In this document: piece by piece, positions 53,194 to 61,645 of the stretch | How positions within the stretch are numbered: position 1 is the stretch's first letter | Layout of the letters: each line of letters opens with the position of its first letter | The notes under the pieces: generated by a model | What the model saw: only the letters and a program-made list of their open reading frames with translations | Told to the model about the DNA's origin: nothing | Databases searched by the model: none | Program-made: the position numbers and the translations under genes | Origin: a bacterium | GTDB taxonomy: Bacteria > Eisenbacteria > RBG-16-71-46 | Reading direction: 5' to 3' | Length of the DNA: 64,000 nt | Assembly: GCA_031408715.1 (NCBI GenBank) | Contig: JANNWR010000153.1 | Coordinates: forward strand, 3,674 to 67,673

Positions 53194-55302
53194 ATGACCA
53201 CGACCCGACACTCCGGCACCGCGCCCCCCATGGACCCGCGCACCCGTGTGCAGTTCCTGCCCGGGATCGGGCCCAACCGTGCGCTGGCGTTCGAGCGCCT
53301 CGGCATCGTCACGCTCGAGCATCTGGTGCGGCACTACCCGCGTACCTGGCTCGACGCCAGCAAGACGGTCGCGATCAAGGACCTGTGTGCGGGCGAACTG
53401 CTGACGGTGATCGGCGAGGTGAAGCATGCCGCCGCACTGCGCACGCGTGGCGGGCGCGGTGACTTCGCGGCCACCGTTCGTGACGGCACCGGCACGCTGC
53501 CGCTGTACTTCTTCGGGCAGTCGTGGCTGGCGCGCTCGCTCACACCCGGGACACGTGTGGTCGTGAGTGGTGAGCTGTCGGGCGGCTTCGAGCGCCAGAT
53601 GCTGAACCCGATGTTCGAAGTGCTCGAGGGCGACCTGGAAGACACGCTGCACGCCGGACGCCTGGTGCCGGTGCATGCGCTCACGCGCGGCGTGACCGCA
53701 CGCGGCATGCGCCAGGCGGTGCGCCGGGCGCTCGATCTGGTGGCGGACCAGATCGCCGACCCCGTGCCCGCCGAGGTCGCGTCCACGCAGGGGCTCTTGT
53801 CGCTCGGCATCGCGCTCAAGGATCTGCACTTCCCACACGACGCCGCGGCACTCGAAGCCGCGCGCGCTCGTCTGGCGTTCGAGGAACTGTTCCTGCTGCA
53901 GATGGTCATGGGCATCCGCCGCCGCGCGCTCTCCGAGGAGGGCCGCGCGCTGGCACTCACGGGCTCGGGTGAGCTGGCTGCCAGGGTGCGCGCTTCCTTA
54001 CCCTTCAAGCTCACCGAAGGGCAGGCAGAAGCCGTGCGGGACATCACCACGGACTTAGCGCAGCCGCGTCCCATGCACCGGCTCGTCGTGGGCGATGTCG
54101 GCAGCGGCAAGACCGTGGTCGCGCTGCTCGCCGCCTGTGCTGCGCTCGAGGCGGGCCAGCAGGCAGCACTGCTGGCGCCGACCGAGATCCTCGCCCGCCA
54201 GCACGGGGCCAGCCTGACACGGCTCGCCGCCGCCGCCGGTGTGCCGGTCGCCGTGCTGACGGGAGCCTCGACGGCGAGCGAGCGCCGTGCGCTCCAGGCG
54301 CGGCTGACGGCGAACGAGCCGCTGCTCGTGGTCGGCACGCACGCGCTGCTCGAGGAGCGCCTGAAGTTCCCGTCACTGGCGCTCGCCATCGTCGATGAAC
54401 AGCATCGGTTCGGTGTCCGTCAGCGTGCTGCCCTCGCGGCCAAGGGCGTGCTGCCGCACATGCTCGTGCTCACGGCCACGCCCATCCCGCGCACGCTGCA
54501 GTTGGCGTGGTTCGGGGACCTCGACCTGTCGGTGATCCGCGGCCGGCCGGCGGGGCGCGGCCGGCTGGTGACGCGTGTCACCGATGAGGGCCGGTTCCCG
54601 CAGGTCGTCGACTTCATGTCGAAGGAACTGGCGCAGGGCAGGCAGGCGTATGTGGTGGTGCCCACGATCGAGGAAGGCGCGCGTGCGGACCTGAAAGCTG
54701 CCGAGACCGAAGTGCAGCGGCTGCGTGGCCAGCCGCTGCTCGCCAAGTACCAGCTCGGGCTCCTGCATGGACGCATGAAGCCCGACGAGAAACAGGCGGT
54801 GATGGACGCGTTCCGCGCCGGCGAGGTGCAGGTGCTCGTCGCCACCACCGTGATCGAGGTCGGGGTCGATGTGCCGAAAGCCACGCTCATGGTGGTCGAG
54901 AACGCCGAGCGCTTCGGGCTCACGCAGCTGCACCAGCTGCGCGGGCGCGTCGGGCGCGGGCAGCATCGCTCGGTCTGCGTGCTGGTGGCGGGGGCGATGG
55001 CCGGGGCGCGTTCGCGCGAGCGGCTGGCGATCATGGCGACCACCGACGACGGCTTCGAGCTGGCCGAGGCCGACCTGCGGATGCGCGGGCACGGCGAGCT
55101 GTGGGGGACCCGGCAGGCGGGACTGCCCGACTTGAAGCTCGCCGACCTGGCGAAGGACGAGCCATTGCTGACGCGCGCGCAGGCCGCCGCCGTCCAGGTC
55201 GTGGCCGCGGATGCGCAGCTCATGGGCGCGCCCCATGCCGTGCTGCGTGCCGTGCTGCGCGAGCGCTTCAAGGAAGCACTGGAGCTGGCGCTCGCCGGCT
55301 GA
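53194..55302 (+). CDS. recG: ATP-dependent DNA helicase RecG
   Basis: Start is ATG 53194 in the frame of ORF 52564..55302; the upstream part of that ORF overlaps rpmB and is discounted. It has an N-terminal wedge/OB region. Helicase motifs are GDVGSGKT (Walker A), DEQHRFGV, TATPIPRT and QLRGRVGRG. Confidence 0.9.
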   Translation: MTTTRHSGTAPPMDPRTRVQFLPGIGPNRALAFERLGIVTLEHLVRHYPRTWLDASKTVAIKDLCAGELLTVIGEVKHAAALRTRGGRGDFAATVRDGTGTLPLYFFGQSWLARSLTPGTRVVVSGELSGGFERQMLNPMFEVLEGDLEDTLHAGRLVPVHALTRGVTARGMRQAVRRALDLVADQIADPVPAEVASTQGLLSLGIALKDLHFPHDAAALEAARARLAFEELFLLQMVMGIRRRALSEEGRALALTGSGELAARVRASLPFKLTEGQAEAVRDITTDLAQPRPMHRLVVGDVGSGKTVVALLAACAALEAGQQAALLAPTEILARQHGASLTRLAAAAGVPVAVLTGASTASERRALQARLTANEPLLVVGTHALLEERLKFPSLALAIVDEQHRFGVRQRAALAAKGVLPHMLVLTATPIPRTLQLAWFGDLDLSVIRGRPAGRGRLVTRVTDEGRFPQVVDFMSKELAQGRQAYVVVPTIEEGARADLKAAETEVQRLRGQPLLAKYQLGLLHGRMKPDEKQAVMDAFRAGEVQVLVATTVIEVGVDVPKATLMVVENAERFGLTQLHQLRGRVGRGQHRSVCVLVAGAMAGARSRERLAIMATTDDGFELAEADLRMRGHGELWGTRQAGLPDLKLADLAKDEPLLTRAQAAAVQVVAADAQLMGAPHAVLRAVLRERFKEALELALAG

Positions 55303-55370
55303 GCGGTCGGTGGGTACCCCGTGTCCGATCGGCTCGCGGCCGCGAGCGGCACGCGTTAGTCTGAGCGCAC

Positions 55371-55757
55371 ATGTCCGGACTGCCTGTTCAGTGCCCCGCG
55401 TGCTCCGCGCGCTACCTGCTTCCCGCCTCGCTGCTGGGGGAGGGTGGCGCCAGCGTGCGCTGTCCTGCTTGCGCCCACGACTTCGGCGTCGACGCGGGCG
55501 GTGGGGTGATTGCCGATGGCGGTGGCGACGCGCTGCGCGCCGTGGCGCGTGCGGTGTTCGACGAGCTGACCCTGCGGCTCGGCGACTCGCTGACGAAGGC
55601 CGCCGGCGAGCGCCGGCTGTTCGCGGAGCACGGGCCCGCGATCATGGAAGCCTGGGACGAGTTCCGGCGGCGCGCCGGGACGCAAGCCTCCTCAAGGCCG
55701 TTCCGGGACGAGATCCGCGACCGCTTCGGCATCGAGCTGTTCCCGCCCGGGGAATAG
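55371..55757 (+). CDS. MJ0042-type zinc-ribbon domain protein
   Basis: The N-terminus VQCPACSARYLLPASLLGEGGASVRCPACAHDF has the CxxC-x18-CxxC pattern of MJ0042-family fingers. The remainder has no recognisable family. Confidence 0.6.
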   Translation: MSGLPVQCPACSARYLLPASLLGEGGASVRCPACAHDFGVDAGGGVIADGGGDALRAVARAVFDELTLRLGDSLTKAAGERRLFAEHGPAIMEAWDEFRRRAGTQASSRPFRDEIRDRFGIELFPPGE

Positions 55758-55821
55758 ATCCGAGCTCGCGGGGTGTGCCGTCCCGCATGCAGCGAGCCGC
55801 GCGCCCTGCCGTGACACGCCA

Positions 55822-55847
55822 GGCCGTCCTCCGTGAGGAAGACGGCC
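55822..55847. terminator. hairpin between convergent genes (possible bidirectional terminator)
   Basis: GGCCGTCCTCC-GTGA-GGAAGACGGCC forms an 11-bp stem with one mismatch. It lies between the stops at 55757 (+) and 55887 (-). Confidence 0.4.
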
Positions 55848-55886
55848 CGGGTGCGAAGGGCGGCAGCGCCCTCTGTGCAACTCGGA

Positions 55887-57686
55887 TCAGCGGGTGATCA
55901 AGACCCGTCGCGTGGTTTCGACCGCGCCGCGGCGCAGACGGACGAAGTACACGCCGGGCGCCTGGTGCGCGTCGTCCCACATCAGCTGATGCGTGCCGGC
56001 TGCGAAAGGCCCGCTCGCCAGCACGGCCACCGTGCGGCCCTGGAGGTCGAGCACCGTGGCGAACACCGCCTCGGTATGGGTTATTGCGAACGATACGGTC
56101 AGGCGGCCCGACGTCGGATTGGGGCCGAGTGCGATGCGCGACTCGCGCACGTCGCGGTCCTCAGGTCCGGAGCCAGTTTCGTCTTCGTGCGTGACCGGGA
56201 TGGCGGCGACCGGAAGCGAGATGCCGGTGATGTACTCCTGCGCCTTGGCCCATGCCAGCGCGCCGACCTGACGTCCGAGTCGGCGTGACGCGAGATCGGC
56301 ATCCTCGAAGTGGATGCCACCCAACCGGCGCGAGAAGCCGGCCTCGTCGGCAGCTTCGGAGAACGTGTGCCAGCGCAGCGTGACGTCACGGCTTGGCGCG
56401 ACACCCGGTTCCACCTTGCTGGCCCCCGCCGCGAATCTCACCGAATGCTCGAAGCGGTCGCTGCCCGTGAAACGCTGCAGGATCTCGGCGGCGGCGGCAC
56501 TGAAGCCACTGTGACCCGAAGGATACTCGGCGAACGGCGGCGTGATGAACGTGGCGGGCTGGTAGGGCAGCCAGGCTTCGCCCTGCACCATGGTGCGGCC
56601 GACGCCGGGCACATAGGCCTCGATGAGTTCGCCCGCCTTCAGGAACCGGATGGCGGTGATCGGGCGCTCGGAATCGAACCAGCGCTTGCCTTCCCACACC
56701 GCGATGCCGGCGTCCATGAGTGCGTTGCCGAGCGTGAAGAACATCTTCACGTCGTCCGCGAACGTGTGCGCGTCGCGCGCCGACACGAACTCGGCGAACT
56801 GCGTCCAGTGCCCCGGAGGCTGCTCGGAGCGCGGTCCGTCCGCCCAGTACTCCGCGATCACCTTGCCGCGGTCGTCGAGGTGCGCGTTCAGGTGGATCGT
56901 CTCGCGGGTCTGGCGCTCATACTCACGGCTCGGGAAGCGGGCCGGGCCGGCGGGGCGAAGTGCATCGGACGAGGGCAGCGCGAACGGCGTGACGTCGCCC
57001 CAGTGCGCGCCGACGTAGCCCGGCACCACGAAGCCGCCCGCGCCGTTCGAGAAGCGCAGCGGTTGCCAGCGGTTGGGGTCCAGGATCTGGTCGAGCGTGT
57101 TGGCCGGCAGGTAGCCCGACGGGTCGGAGTACGCGCCGGCGTGCAGGTCGCCCAGCTGGTTGGAGCCATCGGCATGACGGAACGCCAGGAAGTTCGCCGC
57201 ACAGTTGTTGCCGACGCCCGCTGCCGAGGCCAGCTCACGGCTCGTGTCTTCAGGATCGTAGCCAAGCGCGAGCATCCGGGTGCGCGCCAGTCCGGCGCCG
57301 GCAGGGAACAGATCCGTGAGCGCACGGTAGAACGCGAAGCTGAACGCCTGCTGGCGGTGAGCGTCGTCACGCTCCGCCAACGGACGGCGGAAGCCGGGCT
57401 GCGGCAGCGTCGGCACCGCCGCGTCGTCATAGCACGCCCAGGCATCGAAGCCAGCGGTGTAGCTCATGGCGATGGCGCGTGCGGTCATCGGCGGACCCAG
57501 TCGTTGCACGCGGATGCACTCGAGCAGCGTCTCGTTCCACTGGATGACGAGAGTCGGCGGGCCGGCTGGAGGGACCGGGTCGCGGCCACTGCCGGTAGCG
57601 GCGGAGGCAGTCGACAGGCTCAGTGTGGTGAGCATCATCGCGGTGAGCATCACCGCGGCGAGGGTACAGAATGTGCGGATCATCAT
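55887..57686 (-). CDS. secreted PAP2-superfamily / vanadium-dependent haloperoxidase-like protein with FlgD-Ig/T9SS-like C-terminal domain
   Basis: It has a signal peptide (…LSLSTASAATG). PAP2 motifs are K-x6-RP (KRWFDSERP), PSGHSG and SRRLGGIH. The C-terminal ~80 aa read LGPNPTSGRLTVSF...VLDLQGRTV...PGVYFVRLRRG...RRVLITR. Confidence 0.75.
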   Translation of the reverse strand: MMIRTFCTLAAVMLTAMMLTTLSLSTASAATGSGRDPVPPAGPPTLVIQWNETLLECIRVQRLGPPMTARAIAMSYTAGFDAWACYDDAAVPTLPQPGFRRPLAERDDAHRQQAFSFAFYRALTDLFPAGAGLARTRMLALGYDPEDTSRELASAAGVGNNCAANFLAFRHADGSNQLGDLHAGAYSDPSGYLPANTLDQILDPNRWQPLRFSNGAGGFVVPGYVGAHWGDVTPFALPSSDALRPAGPARFPSREYERQTRETIHLNAHLDDRGKVIAEYWADGPRSEQPPGHWTQFAEFVSARDAHTFADDVKMFFTLGNALMDAGIAVWEGKRWFDSERPITAIRFLKAGELIEAYVPGVGRTMVQGEAWLPYQPATFITPPFAEYPSGHSGFSAAAAEILQRFTGSDRFEHSVRFAAGASKVEPGVAPSRDVTLRWHTFSEAADEAGFSRRLGGIHFEDADLASRRLGRQVGALAWAKAQEYITGISLPVAAIPVTHEDETGSGPEDRDVRESRIALGPNPTSGRLTVSFAITHTEAVFATVLDLQGRTVAVLASGPFAAGTHQLMWDDAHQAPGVYFVRLRRGAVETTRRVLITR

Positions 57687-57988
57687 GATGGCCCCATTTC
57701 CGGGATCGGGGGAATGCGTGCTGCGCGGCGGTCGAGCTCAGACTCGTGGGGTCGAACGGGCCCGCCGCCCGGAAGGGAACTGCACGTGCCGGGACGTCCT
57801 GCCCGGCCTGAACATGATGGTGTGTCCACCCGGCATGGTCCATTGGTATTGACTTCTTGTCGCACAATCCTGCTGAACGGAGTTTTACAGGACTGCGCCC
57901 TCCAGTCCCATGCACGCATCCGCGCGGGCTGGCATCGTGGGACCAGGCCGGGACAGCCACGAGGGGCGCGCCCGGGTGCTGATCAGCC

Positions 57989-59326
57989 TCAGCGCGGGGC
58001 GCGGGGCGGTACGCTCATGAGCTCGCGAGCCCGGCGACCCCAGGCCATGGACAGCACGCCCGCGCCGGCGATGCACACGGCGGCCACGATGAGCGTGGGG
58101 GTGGTGCCGAGCAGCGGCGTCAGCACCGTCGCCAGCGCGAGCGAGCCCAGCAGCAGCGAGCGCATGGCGAAGTCGCGCAGGCTGAACACGCGCCCGCGCT
58201 GGTGCAGGTCGGTGCCCTCCTGCACCAAGGTCTCGGTCAGTACGAACGCGGGCGCGATGCTGGCGCCGATCAGGAAACTCGCGATCACGAACACCGCGTA
58301 GCGCGTCGAGACCGCCAGGCACACCAGCCACACGCCGGCGAGCACCATGCCGACTCCGAGCAGCAGCGGCCGCGGGGCCCTGCGCCCGCGCGTGTTCACC
58401 CACCACGTTGAGAGTGCGGCGCCGATTCCGAGCGCACCGCCGAGCCCGGCGATGCGCTCGGCGCCGGGGATGCTCGCGGCCCGCTGGATGTGCTGGATGC
58501 CCGCGACCTGGATGAAGCCGCCGCCGAGCCACACCGCGCCCAGTGCGGTGAGCGCCAGTCCCACGGCAGGCGAGCCGCGCACCACGCGCAGGCCCTCGAC
58601 GATCTCCTGCCAATAACCGCCGATCGTGACCTCGGCGGAAGTGCGCGCGCGCGGCCGATAGCGAATGAGCGACAGGGACACCACCGAGACCCCATACGTG
58701 ATGGCGTCCATGGTCAGCGCGACCTGCCAGCCCCAGTGGTCGACCACCCAGCCGCCCATCGCGAAGCCCACGACCGTGCCGATGATGCCGGCGACCGCGA
58801 GCAGCGTGTTGGCGCTGAGCAGCTGTTCCTTGGGGACGATCTCGGGCGTCATCGCACTTTTCGCCGGCAGGAAGAACACATTGCACGTGAACATGAGGAA
58901 CACCATCGACCACACCGGAGCGGCGTGATGCGTGGCGGCGTACACCACGGGGATGGCGAGCACGAGCAGCGCGCGCACGACGTCCGACACGATGAGCACG
59001 CGGCGCAGGTTCCAGCGGTCCACCCACGGGCCCGCGAACGGCGCGAACAACAACACCGGCAGCACGGAAACCGTGCCGTGCAGGCTCAGCATGAGCGACG
59101 ATTGGCCGGGGTCGTGGTAGTCGCGGGTGTGCTGCTGCACGAGGCCGTTCAAGGCCAGGTAGTTGATGCGATCCCCCCACAGCGAGATGAGCTGGCCCCA
59201 CCACAGGGCGGCGAAGTCGCGCTGCAGCAACAGCGGGCGGGCCGGGCGAGCCGTTGCACCGTCGGAGCTCGGAGGCACGGCCACGCCCGGGGCGGGCGGT
59301 TCGCTGGGCACGAGCGTGTCGGGCAT
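57989..59326 (-). CDS. MFS transporter
   Basis: Start is ATG 59326 (ORF 57989..59596 trimmed). It has ~12 hydrophobic helices. The MFS loop motif GPWVDRWNLRRVL lies between TM2 and TM3. It starts 8 nt after the upstream GT4 stop. Confidence 0.8.
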   Translation of the reverse strand: MPDTLVPSEPPAPGVAVPPSSDGATARPARPLLLQRDFAALWWGQLISLWGDRINYLALNGLVQQHTRDYHDPGQSSLMLSLHGTVSVLPVLLFAPFAGPWVDRWNLRRVLIVSDVVRALLVLAIPVVYAATHHAAPVWSMVFLMFTCNVFFLPAKSAMTPEIVPKEQLLSANTLLAVAGIIGTVVGFAMGGWVVDHWGWQVALTMDAITYGVSVVSLSLIRYRPRARTSAEVTIGGYWQEIVEGLRVVRGSPAVGLALTALGAVWLGGGFIQVAGIQHIQRAASIPGAERIAGLGGALGIGAALSTWWVNTRGRRAPRPLLLGVGMVLAGVWLVCLAVSTRYAVFVIASFLIGASIAPAFVLTETLVQEGTDLHQRGRVFSLRDFAMRSLLLGSLALATVLTPLLGTTPTLIVAAVCIAGAGVLSMAWGRRARELMSVPPRAPR

Positions 59327-59334
59327 CGCCGGCT

Positions 59335-60486
59335 TCAGGCTGCGGTCGTTCCGGAGAGCGCCAAAGCGCGGCGACCGGCTGCTTCGCGGTAGACGACCTC
59401 GATTCGATCGACCACGCTCGGCCACGAGAACTCGAGTGCGCGACGGCGGCCTTCCTCGGCCAGGCGGCCGCGGCGGGCGGGATCCTCGACGAGTTGCGAC
59501 AGTGCGCGCGCCAGGGACGGCACGTCGCCCGGCGGGAACACCGAGGCGTCCTTGTTGGGCGTGACCACGGTGCGATAGCCCGGGATGTCCGAGCACACCA
59601 CCGCGCGGCCCGCGGCCATGGCCTCGATCAGCACGATACCGAAACTCTCGTTGCCGGTGGCGGGCGAACAGAAGATGTCGCCGGTCGCGTACCAGCGTGG
59701 GAGGTCCGCGCTCGGAACGTGTCCCAGGAAGTGCACGTGCTCGCGCACACTGGTGGGCACGCCGGCCATGATCTGCGGTCGCAGGTAGGAGTCACCGACG
59801 ACCAGTAGCCGCGCGCGGCCGTCCGTGCGCATGACCACCTCGGGCATGGCCGCGACCAGGTCCTGGACGCCCTTGCGCGGATCGAGCCGGCCGACGAACA
59901 GGATGTTCGTGAAGGCCGGGTCCTTCCATTCCGCGAACGGCGCCACCAACGGATGAAAGCGCTCGACGTCGACACCGTTGGGAATGATCTCGTAGGGGCC
60001 CGGATGGTAGATCTCGGCGGTCGACCTGGCCGTCGTGCTCACGGCGATGCGGGCATCGAGCCGGGACATCGCACCGACGACGAGAGGCTTGAAGAAGTCC
60101 TGCAATGCGGTCCGGCCGCCGGTCGAATGGAACGTGCCGACCGTGGGGCGGTCCGAGACCTGCACCGCCATGATCGGCAGCGTGGGTGCGGTCGGGCAGT
60201 GCACGTGGACGACGTCGAGGTCGAGATCGCGGATGGCCTTCTTCAGTTGGCGCTTGAGCGAGATGCCGATCGCGAAGTCCACGAACGCGCGGTTGAAAGG
60301 CACGAGGATGTTCCAGCCGATCCTCAGCACTCCGTCGCGGAAACCCTTCTCGCCGCGCCGGAAGAAGCTCGTGATGATGGTGACTTCGTGGCCGCGCCGC
60401 CGGAGTTCCGCCGCGAGTGCGTGCACGTGCTCCGTGACACCGCCGTAGCGCGGGTAATACGACTGCGAAACGATGCCGATCTTCAC
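59335..60486 (-). CDS. GT4 glycosyltransferase, PimA-like (phosphatidylinositol mannosyltransferase type)
   Basis: Start is GTG 60486 (ORF 59335..61482 trimmed). The N-terminus is VKIGIVSQSYYPRYGGVTEHVHALAAELRRRGHEV. The C-terminal part is FCSPATGNESFGIVLIEAMAAGRAVVCSDIPGY. A 4-nt overlap joins it to the upstream acyltransferase gene. Confidence 0.8.
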   Translation of the reverse strand: MKIGIVSQSYYPRYGGVTEHVHALAAELRRRGHEVTIITSFFRRGEKGFRDGVLRIGWNILVPFNRAFVDFAIGISLKRQLKKAIRDLDLDVVHVHCPTAPTLPIMAVQVSDRPTVGTFHSTGGRTALQDFFKPLVVGAMSRLDARIAVSTTARSTAEIYHPGPYEIIPNGVDVERFHPLVAPFAEWKDPAFTNILFVGRLDPRKGVQDLVAAMPEVVMRTDGRARLLVVGDSYLRPQIMAGVPTSVREHVHFLGHVPSADLPRWYATGDIFCSPATGNESFGIVLIEAMAAGRAVVCSDIPGYRTVVTPNKDASVFPPGDVPSLARALSQLVEDPARRGRLAEEGRRRALEFSWPSVVDRIEVVYREAAGRRALALSGTTAA

Positions 60487-61379
60487 ACGCCCGCCCGGTG
60501 CTTCTCGCCCGTGGGCTCGCCCGCCGTATCGGTGGACGGCGTGTCCCAGAGCGGGCGGAAGATGCACCATTGGTCCAAGTGCTCGCGGATGTGACGCTCG
60601 GCGGTGGACGCCACGGCCTGATGCAGTTCGGCGGTGGTGGCGTAGGCGGCCGGATCGATGGTCGGCTCGATGACGATCCGGAAGCGGCCGGGCGTGGTGC
60701 GCTCGCAGTACCCGCACAGCAGCAGCGCGCCGGTGCGCTGTGCGAGGACGCCGGGGCCCGCCGGAAACGGCGTGGGGCGGCCGAACCACTCGACCTGCTG
60801 CCCGTGCGCGTACATGTTGCCGTCGACCATGAGCGCGACCGGGTCGTTGTGGTCCAGGGCACGCATGATCTTCCGGAACCCGTCCTCGGGCGCGATCGTC
60901 GTGATCGACAGCTCCGTCTTGGAATCGCGCACCGCGCCGGACAGCCAGCGCGCCAGCTGCACGCCTGCGACCGCGTGCAGGGCGTAGCCCCACTGCGCCA
61001 CCATGACGCCGGCCAACTCCCAGTTGCCGATGTGCGTCGAGGCCAGGATGACACCGCGGCCGCGTGCGATCCCGCGATCGAGGTGCTCCTTGCCGACCAC
61101 TTCGACCGAGGCGAGCAACTCCTCGCGTGACAGGTGCGGGAGCCGGAAGAACTCGTACATCATCCGGTTGTAGCTCCGCATCATGCCGCGCGCGATCTTC
61201 GCGCGGTCGCGGCGCGAGGTGCGCGGCAGGATGACGGCCAGATTGGCCATGACCGAATGACGACGGCCCGGGAAGGCCAGCCAATGAAGTCCGGTCGCCA
61301 TGTCGGCCAGCGCGTATCCCAGCCACGGCGGCACCGAGGCGATGAACGCCGTCAGCCAGCCGAAGATCAGTCGGGACAT
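60483..61379 (-). CDS. lysophospholipid/lipid A-type acyltransferase (LpxL/HtrB/PatA family)
   Basis: Start is ATG 61379, with GGAGG ~8 nt upstream on the minus strand. It has an N-terminal TM helix. It also has the HIGNWE catalytic HX4E/D-type motif (ILASTHIGNWELAG) and ...VALMVDGN... Confidence 0.8.
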   Translation of the reverse strand: MSRLIFGWLTAFIASVPPWLGYALADMATGLHWLAFPGRRHSVMANLAVILPRTSRRDRAKIARGMMRSYNRMMYEFFRLPHLSREELLASVEVVGKEHLDRGIARGRGVILASTHIGNWELAGVMVAQWGYALHAVAGVQLARWLSGAVRDSKTELSITTIAPEDGFRKIMRALDHNDPVALMVDGNMYAHGQQVEWFGRPTPFPAGPGVLAQRTGALLLCGYCERTTPGRFRIVIEPTIDPAAYATTAELHQAVASTAERHIREHLDQWCIFRPLWDTPSTDTAGEPTGEKHRAGV

Positions 61380-61645
61380 TCCATTGCCTCCAGCTCCCGG
61401 GCCCGGTCGGATCCGCCGCGGGGAGCGGGGGCCAGTGGAGATTCGGCGACCGTAGGGGGCGTCCTCGGGGGGTGTCAAGCACTCCGGAGTGCGCCGGTAC
61501 CGAGTGGGAACGGCCGCGTTTCCATGCGCCTCCCGCGTGCGCTCCGTAGTAGGATGTGGTCAGGGGCCCCGCGCTCCGCGCCGTGTCGATATGCGCTTCC
61601 GGCCGGACAGACGGGTGGGACGGGCCCCGTGCCTATGGAGGGCCC

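Noticed and set aside
60487-61482. The ORF track fuses a 715-aa frame (59335..61482, minus strand) across the PimA-like gene and the region upstream.
   Set aside because: Upstream of VKIGIV the translation is Arg/Pro/Gly-rich junk. A different minus-strand frame (60483..61379) encodes a well-formed LPLAT acyltransferase. The GT4 gene was trimmed to GTG 60486.
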